NCBI RefSeq assembly: GCF_024320785.1
Contig: NZ_JANDBC010000001.1
Span: forward strand, 236,617 to 268,616
Reading direction: 5' to 3'
DNA from: Gracilimonas sediminicola
GTDB taxonomy: Bacteria; Bacteroidota; Rhodothermia; Balneolales; Balneolaceae
DNA length: 32,000 bases
Position 1 is the first letter of the stretch, and every line of letters begins with the position of its first letter. A program made the position numbers and the translations under genes. This document shows, one piece after another, positions 17,574-25,288 of the stretch. Under the pieces are notes generated by a model, which saw only the letters and a list, made by a program, of their open reading frames with translations, had not been told where the DNA came from and did not search any database.

Positions 17574-19910
17574 ATGAAACGTCTCTTTTCCCTGTTTATA
17601 CTTTTGATCATTGGAACCTCTTACGCCTTTGGCCAGGCCAACTTTGAAGCCGCTGAGCGATTCACCGGAGAGAAAATGGAAAAACTCATCGGTGATACCT
17701 TCGTTTGGCCCCGGTGGATTGAAGACACGGATACATTCTGGTATCCCTTTGAAAATGCGGAAGGCACAAACTGGTACTTCGTGGATGCTGCACGCGGTTC
17801 ACAAAGAGAACTGTTTGACCGTGATGAGCTTGCAGCACAGCTTTCTGAAACGTTTAACCGGCCCTTCAATTCCAAGGATCTTGACCTGAATGATTTCGAT
17901 TACGACACCGACAAAGAACGATTCACCTTTCATGTAGACAGCATCAATTTCACCTTTAACCTGAATGGAGACCGTTTGGTGAAGGGCGATTCTTTAAGTG
18001 AGGAAAAAGAAGAAGACTGGGCTACCTATTCTCCGGATAGTACCTGGATTGCTTTTGCTAAAAATCACGACCTGTATGTAATGCGAGCTGATGATGAAGA
18101 TAGTACCGAGATTCAGCTTACCGATGATGGTGAGCTGTGGTTCAGCTATCAGGCTGATGACAGTGACACCACCTCAAACGAAAGGTTGCGTTCTCGAGCC
18201 AACTGGTTTGAAGACTCGGAGAAATTATGGGTGAAGCGTCAGGATAAGAGAAAAGTGGATGAGCTGTGGGTGATTAACTCGCTTGGTAAACGACCGGAGC
18301 TCGAGACCTATAAGTACCCGATGCCCGGTGAAGAGGATATATACGTGGATGAAATCAAGGTATTTGATCCTGCTGCAGAAACATCCGTAACCCTGGATAC
18401 CGACAAATGGGAAGATCAGTCGCTGGGTGGTGTTTATTTTAATGATGGCGGAATTTGGGAAACCCAAAAGTCGGATTACCTCTACATTCTGCGCCGCGAC
18501 CGAACCTGGAGCAAGATTGATGTGCTGAAAGCCAATACCACATCCGGTGATGTTGAAGTGCTGTGGTCGGAAGAGAGTAAGCCCTATTTCAATACGCGTT
18601 ATGCGCAGTTGGGAATCATTAACGAAGGAGAAGAATTTATCTGGTGGAGTGAGCGAACCGGATGGGGACAGCTTTACCGTTATGATTCGGATGGAAACCT
18701 GAAAAATGCGGTTACCTCCGGATACTATACCGTAGGGGATATTGCTAAAATTGACACGTCTGCCAAAACCATTTACTTCACAGCCTATGGGCGAGAAGAC
18801 GGACAAAACCCCTATTTCGAAAATTTATACTCCGTTCGTTTTGACGGCTCAAGACTCCGCCACCTGACACCGGAAGATGCCAATCATAATATCAATGCCT
18901 CTGAAGAAGGAAACTACTTCGTGGATAACTACTCACGGGTAGATATGCCTACCAAAACAGTTGTCAGAAATGGAAACGGCGAAGCTATTCTGGAGCTACA
19001 ACAAGTGGATATGACAGCTGCCGAGGATATTGGCTGGAGCGCGCCGGAAGAGTTTACCGTAAAAGCTGCCGATGGTGCTACCGACTTATATGGTGTAATC
19101 TGGAAACCCTTCGACTTTGATCCTGAAAAGGACTACCCGATTATCAGTTATGTATATCCCGGACCACAGACCGAACCCTTCCCTACCAGTTTTTCCGTAA
19201 CCGGTTCCACCGGGAGAAATCAATCGCTGGCGCAACTGGGATTTGTGGTTGTAGCTTTTGGTCAGCGCGGGGGAAGCCCGATTCGCTCTAAATATTACCA
19301 CAACTTCGGGTATGGAGATATGCGTGATTATCCCCTGGCAGACAATAAGTACGGGATAGAGCAACTGGCTTCCCGCCATTCTTTTATTGATCAGGACAAA
19401 GTGGGAATATTCGGGCATTCCGGTGGTGGATTTATGAGTACCGCTGCCCTCCTCACCTATCCTGATTTTTATGATGTTGCCGTTTCCTCAGCAGGGAATC
19501 ACGACAACAACATCTATAATATTTGGTGGAGTGAAGTTCATAACGGTGTAAAAGAGAAGCGCAAGACCGTGAAGGAAATGAACGAAGACAGTGTGGAAGT
19601 GGAGAAGGAAGAAATCACCTTCGACGCGCCCATTGAATCGAATGCCGAACTGGCCGGAAACCTTAAGGGGCACCTGCTTCTGGTTCATGGCGATATGGAT
19701 AACAACGTTCACCCTGCAAATACCATCCGCCTGGCTGATGCCCTCATCAAAGCCGGTAAGCGTTTTGACATGATGATTTTACCCGGCCGCCGACATGGAT
19801 TTGGCCCATACAATCCCTACTTCCAGCGCATGATGTGGCATTACTTTGCTGAGCACCTGTTAGGTGATTACCGCCCGGATGTGATCGACTTTAATCTTCC
19901 GGAAGACTGA
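17574..19910 (+). CDS. S9 family peptidase (DPP IV-like), secreted, paralog 2
   Basis: 778 aa, closely similar along its length to the upstream paralog; same GHSGGG, VHGDMDNNVHP, and PGRRHGFG motifs, with a signal peptide. Confidence 0.93.
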   Translation: MKRLFSLFILLIIGTSYAFGQANFEAAERFTGEKMEKLIGDTFVWPRWIEDTDTFWYPFENAEGTNWYFVDAARGSQRELFDRDELAAQLSETFNRPFNSKDLDLNDFDYDTDKERFTFHVDSINFTFNLNGDRLVKGDSLSEEKEEDWATYSPDSTWIAFAKNHDLYVMRADDEDSTEIQLTDDGELWFSYQADDSDTTSNERLRSRANWFEDSEKLWVKRQDKRKVDELWVINSLGKRPELETYKYPMPGEEDIYVDEIKVFDPAAETSVTLDTDKWEDQSLGGVYFNDGGIWETQKSDYLYILRRDRTWSKIDVLKANTTSGDVEVLWSEESKPYFNTRYAQLGIINEGEEFIWWSERTGWGQLYRYDSDGNLKNAVTSGYYTVGDIAKIDTSAKTIYFTAYGREDGQNPYFENLYSVRFDGSRLRHLTPEDANHNINASEEGNYFVDNYSRVDMPTKTVVRNGNGEAILELQQVDMTAAEDIGWSAPEEFTVKAADGATDLYGVIWKPFDFDPEKDYPIISYVYPGPQTEPFPTSFSVTGSTGRNQSLAQLGFVVVAFGQRGGSPIRSKYYHNFGYGDMRDYPLADNKYGIEQLASRHSFIDQDKVGIFGHSGGGFMSTAALLTYPDFYDVAVSSAGNHDNNIYNIWWSEVHNGVKEKRKTVKEMNEDSVEVEKEEITFDAPIESNAELAGNLKGHLLLVHGDMDNNVHPANTIRLADALIKAGKRFDMMILPGRRHGFGPYNPYFQRMMWHYFAEHLLGDYRPDVIDFNLPED

Positions 19911-19952
19911 TTGAACATTGAACAGGGAACACCCAACATTGAACTCAGAAGT
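19911..19952 (+). repeat. heptad-periodic repeat copy 3 (after S9 peptidase 2)
   Basis: TGA stop, then TT|GAACATT|GAACAGG|GAACACC|CAACATT|GAACTCA|GAAG... Confidence 0.78.
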
Positions 19953-19953
19953 T

Positions 19954-21231
19954 TTAACTTTTGGTGTTCGATGTTCCTTGTTGGGTATTTAACCGCCAGG
20001 CTTTTTCGTTGGGGGTGATGGTGAAGCTCCATAAGATGCCGGCGAGTGCCATCACTCCTCCATATACCATTATGAGTGGTTTAACGGTCATGATTCCGCT
20101 TTCCAGGATCAGGGAGGCAATGACCACCGAAAAGGAATTCCCAATGGTAAAAAGCAGCCATTCCGTACTGAATATTCGTCCGCGAAAGGTATCCTGGGTC
20201 CTTTTTTGAAGAAGTACGGTGCTGGAAACCCAGTTGGCTCCGGAAGCCGCATGGGCAAAAAGCACGAATAGCAACATAAGCCCGATACTGTTTACCACCC
20301 CTACCACCAGGTACATCACACCGCAAAACGTGATGGCGAGCCCCATCAACAGCACCCAGTCTTTTTCTTCTCGAAAGATCCTGCGGCCTATAATGGGGCC
20401 AATTCCTGTTCCAAATCCCCGTGCTGCGTACAACAAACCCAAACCAATACTTCCCATCATCAACACTTCTTCACTGACAATGATCAAAAGATATACAAGG
20501 CCTCCCAGAAACACCGTGGATGTGCCTTTTGCCAGCGAGGGGCGAAGAATGTGGCGGTTTTTCACCAGGTAGCTGAGTCCTTCTTTAATGCCCTTAAACG
20601 GATTACGGGTTCGGTACATTTCTTCCTTCGAAAGCCTCTTCTGAGGGATGACAGCCCTGTACACAAACCACGCCGATATCACATAACTGAATCCATCCAG
20701 AATCAGTACATTGGTAGTACCCAGCCATTCGGTTGCAAAACCACCGATGGCCATTCCCGTGGTAAAAATAATACTCCAGCTGGCCGTTGAAATAATATTG
20801 GCGTTGGTGAGATTATCTTCAGATGTGACATTGGGGATGGAGGAAGTCTTAGCCGGTTCAAACACGGCGGAAAGCATCATCTGAATCGCGGTCAAAACAT
20901 AAGCCAGCCAGAGTGTGGCTGCAGAATCCACAAATATAATCCCCACAACAGCCACTCCACGCAGTAAATCACACCAGATCATGAGCTTTCTGCGGTTGAA
21001 GCGATCCGCTAAATAGCCTGCAAATGGGGAGAACAAAGCCAGGCTCAACATCTTTACGACGATAATCAGCCCAAGCAGAAATTCGGAATCGGAATAACGG
21101 CCGATGATGGCATACAGGGCAAGCAGCCCAAACCAATCCCCAAAGTTTGACACCGACTGGGCGATCCATAGCCGACGAAAATCTTTGTTTTCTTTTATGA
21201 GGTTAAGATACGGGCGGAGGTTTTTGGTCAT
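19954..21231 (-). CDS. MFS transporter
   Basis: 425 aa, about 12 hydrophobic segments, with the MFS loop GYLADRFNRRKLMIWCDLLRG. Confidence 0.9.
   Translation of the reverse strand: MTKNLRPYLNLIKENKDFRRLWIAQSVSNFGDWFGLLALYAIIGRYSDSEFLLGLIIVVKMLSLALFSPFAGYLADRFNRRKLMIWCDLLRGVAVVGIIFVDSAATLWLAYVLTAIQMMLSAVFEPAKTSSIPNVTSEDNLTNANIISTASWSIIFTTGMAIGGFATEWLGTTNVLILDGFSYVISAWFVYRAVIPQKRLSKEEMYRTRNPFKGIKEGLSYLVKNRHILRPSLAKGTSTVFLGGLVYLLIIVSEEVLMMGSIGLGLLYAARGFGTGIGPIIGRRIFREEKDWVLLMGLAITFCGVMYLVVGVVNSIGLMLLFVLFAHAASGANWVSSTVLLQKRTQDTFRGRIFSTEWLLFTIGNSFSVVIASLILESGIMTVKPLIMVYGGVMALAGILWSFTITPNEKAWRLNTQQGTSNTKS
19957..19990 (-). repeat. heptad-periodic repeat copy 4 (inside the 3' end of the MFS gene)
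   Basis: Minus strand AATACC|CAACAAG|GAACATC|GAACACC|AAAAGTT|AA; translated in frame as NTQQGTSNTKS*. Confidence 0.75.
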
Positions 21232-21237
21232 AAATAT

Positions 21238-21268
21238 AGCTGTCAGCTTTCAGACTTCAGCTGTCAGC
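21238..21268. repeat. second heptad tandem repeat (AGCTGTC type)
   Basis: AGCTGTC|AGCTTTC|AGACTTC|AGCTGTC|AGC: four full 7-bp units, immediately upstream of the MFS start codon. Confidence 0.75.
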
Positions 21269-21348
21269 ATGAATTTTGAACATTATGATAATTTAGTTTT
21301 GTGCTGATGACTTTCTTTCAACAACCTTGAAGGTTCTGTAGATAATAC

Positions 21349-21392
21349 TTCAATGTTCAGTGTTGGGTGTTCCTTGTTGGGTGTTCAATTCA
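21349..21392 (-). repeat. heptad-periodic repeat copy 5 (after dut)
   Basis: Minus strand TGA ATT|GAACACC|CAACAAG|GAACACC|CAACACT|GAACATT|GAAG. Confidence 0.78.
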
Positions 21393-21836
21393 TTCAACAC
21401 CGGTGCTGCCAAACCCGCCTTCTCCGCGATCCGTTTCATCCAGCTCATCTACTTCCAGCAGCGGGAGCTGTGTAACCGGAGCAATCACCATCTGGGCAAT
21501 GCGGTCTCCATGATTAACCACAAATTCCTCCTCTCCGTGGTTAATGGCTATCACTTTCACTTCTCCCCTGTAATCCGCATCGATGGTTCCCGGAGCGTTC
21601 AGCATGGTGATGCCATTTCGGATGGCTAAACCGCTTCGTGGCCTGATTTGAGCTTCGTAGCCTTCAGGCAGTGCCATCTGCAATCCGGTCGGGATTAAGG
21701 TCCGTTCTCCCGGTTTAATCACGATGGGTGTTTCCACGGCTGCGCGCACGTCCATTCCGGCCGCGGCCACCGATTCATAATTTGGAAGCGGCAAGTCTTT
21801 GGCGTGATCCAGTTTTTTAATTAATACCTGTTTCAT
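21390..21836 (-). CDS. dut: dUTP diphosphatase
   Basis: 148 aa with five dUTPase motifs: [41 protein letters not shown], and [10 protein letters not shown]. Confidence 0.96.
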   Translation of the reverse strand: MKQVLIKKLDHAKDLPLPNYESVAAAGMDVRAAVETPIVIKPGERTLIPTGLQMALPEGYEAQIRPRSGLAIRNGITMLNAPGTIDADYRGEVKVIAINHGEEEFVVNHGDRIAQMVIAPVTQLPLLEVDELDETDRGEGGFGSTGVE

Positions 21837-22630
21837 AATTCTTCGCGTGTGTATTCAATCATTCGTACAATTACATTTCCCCATAATACCTTTACCCTTG
21901 CTTCAAGCGGAACCCTGAGATCATCATCCAGAAACCAGGCTCTGAAATCGCCTGAGAAGCCAAACGGACCTTCAATATTTTCCGTGGTTCCATTCATCAG
22001 GTAAGCCTGTATCGGGCCATCAAAGGGGGCATAATTTCGTTTTTCCTTTTTGAGGGAGTTATCAGCGTAAATGTATCCCTTTTTCTTGGTCACATACACC
22101 GGCAGGGTGTAGTCTTCCTCGCTCCCGGCAAACAGGCGTGAAAAATAAAAGATGAGGTGACCTGAGGTAGCGGGATCTTCAAGATCCAGAGTATCCCGTG
22201 AATCATCTTCTTCGATGTAGTACACCTTGCCGATATCCCGATCGAACCAGTATTGGATTTCATCATACTCCCCTTCATCGATATTATCTTTCCAGTACTT
22301 CACTTCTACCGGCAGGCCTTTTTCATTCACATAAAACAAACTGTGAAACCGGTCCAGCTCATCTCCTACAAAAGGAATGGATGGATTCGACTCAATTTCT
22401 GTAAGGATGTGATTCAGTTCCCGCCCTTCATAAGTGGTGTCGCTCAGCAGTTCAACATTCACCCAACCCAGTTTCAAAAACCCATACTTCACTTCATACC
22501 GGAAGGTTTCCTTCACCGAAAAAAGCTCATCCATTGTTGGGGGTGTTGAGCTGGTATCAGGTAAGGTGTGCTGTCCGAAAGCGGGAGCCGTCAACACAAA
22601 TAGTAATATGGGGAGGATGATTCTGGTCAT
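21833..22630 (-). CDS. DUF3108-like protein
   Basis: 265 aa; signal peptide, [19 protein letters not shown], and [18 protein letters not shown]-like features. Overlaps dut by 4 bp. Confidence 0.65.
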   Translation of the reverse strand: MTRIILPILLFVLTAPAFGQHTLPDTSSTPPTMDELFSVKETFRYEVKYGFLKLGWVNVELLSDTTYEGRELNHILTEIESNPSIPFVGDELDRFHSLFYVNEKGLPVEVKYWKDNIDEGEYDEIQYWFDRDIGKVYYIEEDDSRDTLDLEDPATSGHLIFYFSRLFAGSEEDYTLPVYVTKKKGYIYADNSLKKEKRNYAPFDGPIQAYLMNGTTENIEGPFGFSGDFRAWFLDDDLRVPLEARVKVLWGNVIVRMIEYTREEL

Positions 22631-22664
22631 AAAGTCAGTTAGCCAAACGGCAGGATTCGGACAA

Positions 22665-23027
22665 TTATTTCTCCTCCGGTTCCTCTTCGGCTATAAAAGC
22701 CTCAAACGATTCTTCGTCATACCCCACCAGCACCGATTCATCTTTCATAAGCACCGGCCGCTTGATCATCACCTGGTGTTCCAGCAGTTGCTCAAACAGT
22801 TCCTCTTCCGACAGATCCTTATCGGCCAGGCCTAAATCTCTCCACTTGCGGCCTCGTTTATTCACCAATACGTCCAGCCCCACCTTAAACTCCAGTTCCT
22901 TCAGCTCATCTCGCGTCAACGGGTCCTTTTTTACATCGATGAACTCATACTCAACGTCGTGTTCGTCCATCCATTTTTTGGTGTCTCTGATCTTGTTGCA
23001 GTTTTTTATTCCGGCAATATGAAGCAT
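22665..23027 (-). CDS. ArsC/Spx-like thioredoxin-fold protein
   Basis: 120 aa; GIKNCNKIRDTKKWMDEHDVEYEFIDVKKDP, LVNKRGRKWRDLGL, and IKRPVLMKDESVLVGYDEESFEAF. Confidence 0.85.
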   Translation of the reverse strand: MLHIAGIKNCNKIRDTKKWMDEHDVEYEFIDVKKDPLTRDELKELEFKVGLDVLVNKRGRKWRDLGLADKDLSEEELFEQLLEHQVMIKRPVLMKDESVLVGYDEESFEAFIAEEEPEEK

Positions 23028-23138
23028 CGTAGTATTATATCGTAGTATTATGATGAATGTTTTGTATTTTCAGTGAGGGAAAGATACGGTTTGTTTCCTG
23101 AAATTCGAACGTAATGAACGCAGAGTTCGTGCCTTTTT

Positions 23139-23639
23139 ATGCTGAAGTTTTTTACCTCCCCGTTTTTACTGATCTCGCTGCTCCTGCTGGTGAGCTGTAC
23201 CCGTAATGATGCCCAACGCGACTTCGAAAAGGAAGCCTATGCCCAGCCCCGGAATTATACCGAAACCACCAACCAGGGTGCGGTACAGAACCTGGATGAG
23301 GACGACTGGCGGACTTCCCCGCTTTTCCAGGGACTTATTGAGATCGTACCTCCCTACCCCAACCCGGTTACCACCGATCAGGCCATCCAGTTTGAGGTGG
23401 AAGTGACGGGAGTACAATCCGTAAACGGTTTGGAAGTATTGGTGAGGCTGCAAGACAACACTTTCCGCACGCTCTACACTGATTTTGAAACGCTGCAACC
23501 CGGGCTCACTACTTTTCAGATCAACCCTATCGAATTCTCGGAGTTTGGAAATCCTGAAGGAGCCCGCGGGCTGAACCGGGTGTACATCTTTAGTGCCAAT
23601 CAGCAGATGATATCCTACGGGGATATTATGGTGGAATAG
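23139..23639 (+). CDS. secreted lipoprotein of unknown function
   Basis: 166 aa with a lipobox-like N-terminus (LLISLLLLVSCTRND). Confidence 0.75.
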   Translation: MLKFFTSPFLLISLLLLVSCTRNDAQRDFEKEAYAQPRNYTETTNQGAVQNLDEDDWRTSPLFQGLIEIVPPYPNPVTTDQAIQFEVEVTGVQSVNGLEVLVRLQDNTFRTLYTDFETLQPGLTTFQINPIEFSEFGNPEGARGLNRVYIFSANQQMISYGDIMVE

Positions 23640-23688
23640 GTTTAAGAACATCCAACACGGAACATCCAATGTTGAACTTAGAACGGTT
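23640..23688 (+). repeat. heptad-periodic repeat copy 6 (after lipoprotein)
   Basis: TAG stop, then GTTTAA|GAACATC|CAACACG|GAACATC|CAATGTT|GAACTTA|GAACGGT. Confidence 0.75.
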
Positions 23689-23774
23689 TGTAGGAGGTTC
23701 GTGTGTCATAGCTTACTCTTACTTTATTCTTACAAATGTTGGATGTTTACCGACTTCTCATAAGATAGGCCCTG

Positions 23775-24455
23775 TTGCATACTATTATCTTATACCTTTA
23801 TCAGAATCTGATGCTGAACATAATTTCTAAATCAACATTTCTATTGCTTCTCTTGTATTCGAATACTTTGTTCGCCCAACAAGAAGTGACAATTACAGCA
23901 GGTGATACAACAGTTGTCAATTCAAGACTTATCTCATTTAATGCTTTTGCAGAGGCTGTTGGAGTTGACATCTTGAGTGAAACTGAGTACTCAGGTACAA
24001 CTCATTTAAGATTGTGGGGACCCCTTTCCCATAGTTTTGCAGCACGTTTTTTAGATGTAAGTATCGAATCAGATCAGATATCAGGTAAATGGTATGCCAC
24101 ATGGATCAATAATTCCAGGCAAAAAAGTAAAAAAGAACTCTATAAGAAGTGGAATTGTACTTCTGACATATGCACAGTTTCAAATGACTTTGGATCACGA
24201 TCCGGATGCTTAATTAAAGAGGCAGACACTGAAGCAATCCGAAGTATTCGAAACCTTGTGTTTGAATCAGGTTTTATTGAATTACTGAATCAACCCTTAG
24301 ATAGGCGTGTACAGTTAGACGGTAAAAGCTTGCATGTGGAAATACTTAATGAAGAAGGATATCGATTTGTAAGTTTTATGCATTATCATATTCAACATCA
24401 TCCCCAAAAACAGTTGATCGATAAAGCCAGAACTGTTTTAGGTTTATGGCAATAA
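23775..24455 (+). CDS. hypothetical secreted protein
   Basis: 226 aa; N-terminal hydrophobic segment (FLLLLLYSNTLFA), with no family recognised. Confidence 0.7.
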   Translation: MHTIILYLYQNLMLNIISKSTFLLLLLYSNTLFAQQEVTITAGDTTVVNSRLISFNAFAEAVGVDILSETEYSGTTHLRLWGPLSHSFAARFLDVSIESDQISGKWYATWINNSRQKSKKELYKKWNCTSDICTVSNDFGSRSGCLIKEADTEAIRSIRNLVFESGFIELLNQPLDRRVQLDGKSLHVEILNEEGYRFVSFMHYHIQHHPQKQLIDKARTVLGLWQ

Positions 24456-24459
24456 AACT

Positions 24460-24603
24460 CGGTGAAAGCGTTTCAGTTCAGACGCCCTGAATGATCGAAA
24501 CAGGCTGGACCGGAAGCGAGCGAAACTTGTTTGCAAGGAATTAATTTCGCTACTTCAATGAAATTACAATCCCCGCGCCGTTTAAACGCTGGGCCGTTGT
24601 AGC
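24460..24603. repeat. attC-like / cassette-junction-like element 1
   Basis: AGCGTTT (24467-24473) pairs with AAACGCT (24584-24590). The right end is ccgcgccgtttaaacgctgggccGTTGTAGC. The internal block gaaacttgtttgcaaggaattaatttcgctacttc is shared with element 2. Confidence 0.45.
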
Positions 24604-24618
24604 AAATAAAAGATAATC

Positions 24619-25209
24619 ATGAATTTCGAACAGATTAAAGAACGAACAAGACCATTAGTCAACAAAGTGTCTCCTGTATCGGAGGGGTCATTAGATCTGA
24701 TGAGTGACTTGATTGTAGTTGAGGTTTATGAAAAAGGAGATATGTTTATTGATAGAGGGAAAAAAAATAACAAGGAATACTTTGTTTACGAAGGCGTTTG
24801 CCGGAGCTTTTTGCTAAGTCCGGAAGGTGAGGAAGTAACTATATCTTATTTTCTTGAAGGCGATGTACTCTCTCCGAATAAAACGAGAACAGCTAATCAA
24901 ATGTCTCACCTTAACTTTCAAGCGCTCACAAAATTAACTGTTGCCAGCCTAAACGCTGACGAGTTTGAGCAGCTCATGATAAACCATATTGACATTCGCG
25001 AGTTTGGCAATACGGTTTTACAAAATGAACTCCTTGCAAAAGTTGAAAAAGAAATAGCACTGGCCTCTCTGAACGCTAAAGAAAGGCTCATTCTTTTTAG
25101 AGAAAAATATCACTCTCTGGAAAATCTAATCTCACATGTTGACATTGCCTCCTATCTGGGAATTACAAATATTTCCCTCAGCAGACTTCGTAAAGGGCTC
25201 ATGAAGTAA
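24619..25209 (+). CDS. Crp/Fnr family transcriptional regulator
   Basis: 196 aa; cyclic-nucleotide-binding-like fold (EVYEKGDMFIDRGKKNNKEYFVYEGVCRSFLLSPEGEEVTISYFLEGDVL) and a C-terminal HTH-like segment HVDIASYLGITNISLSRLRKGL. Confidence 0.85.
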   Translation: MNFEQIKERTRPLVNKVSPVSEGSLDLMSDLIVVEVYEKGDMFIDRGKKNNKEYFVYEGVCRSFLLSPEGEEVTISYFLEGDVLSPNKTRTANQMSHLNFQALTKLTVASLNADEFEQLMINHIDIREFGNTVLQNELLAKVEKEIALASLNAKERLILFREKYHSLENLISHVDIASYLGITNISLSRLRKGLMK

Positions 25210-25288
25210 AAGGTCATCCTTTAACAAATGTTAATGGATACGAAGTCAACATCATCAATCTTTGTAGTGAACTTAAAAACAAAGAAAG

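Noticed and set aside
15735-19712. Minus-strand ORFs 15735..16553 (272 aa), 16572..16925, 18225..18806, 19086..19418 and 19488..19712
   Set aside because: Antisense to the two S9 peptidase genes. Similar shadow ORFs occur in both paralogs simply because the sense genes are homologous.
14808-19910. The S9 pair as a segment repeated by a mobile element
   Set aside because: No shared flanks, IS or long direct repeats surround the two copies; simple tandem duplication explains them.
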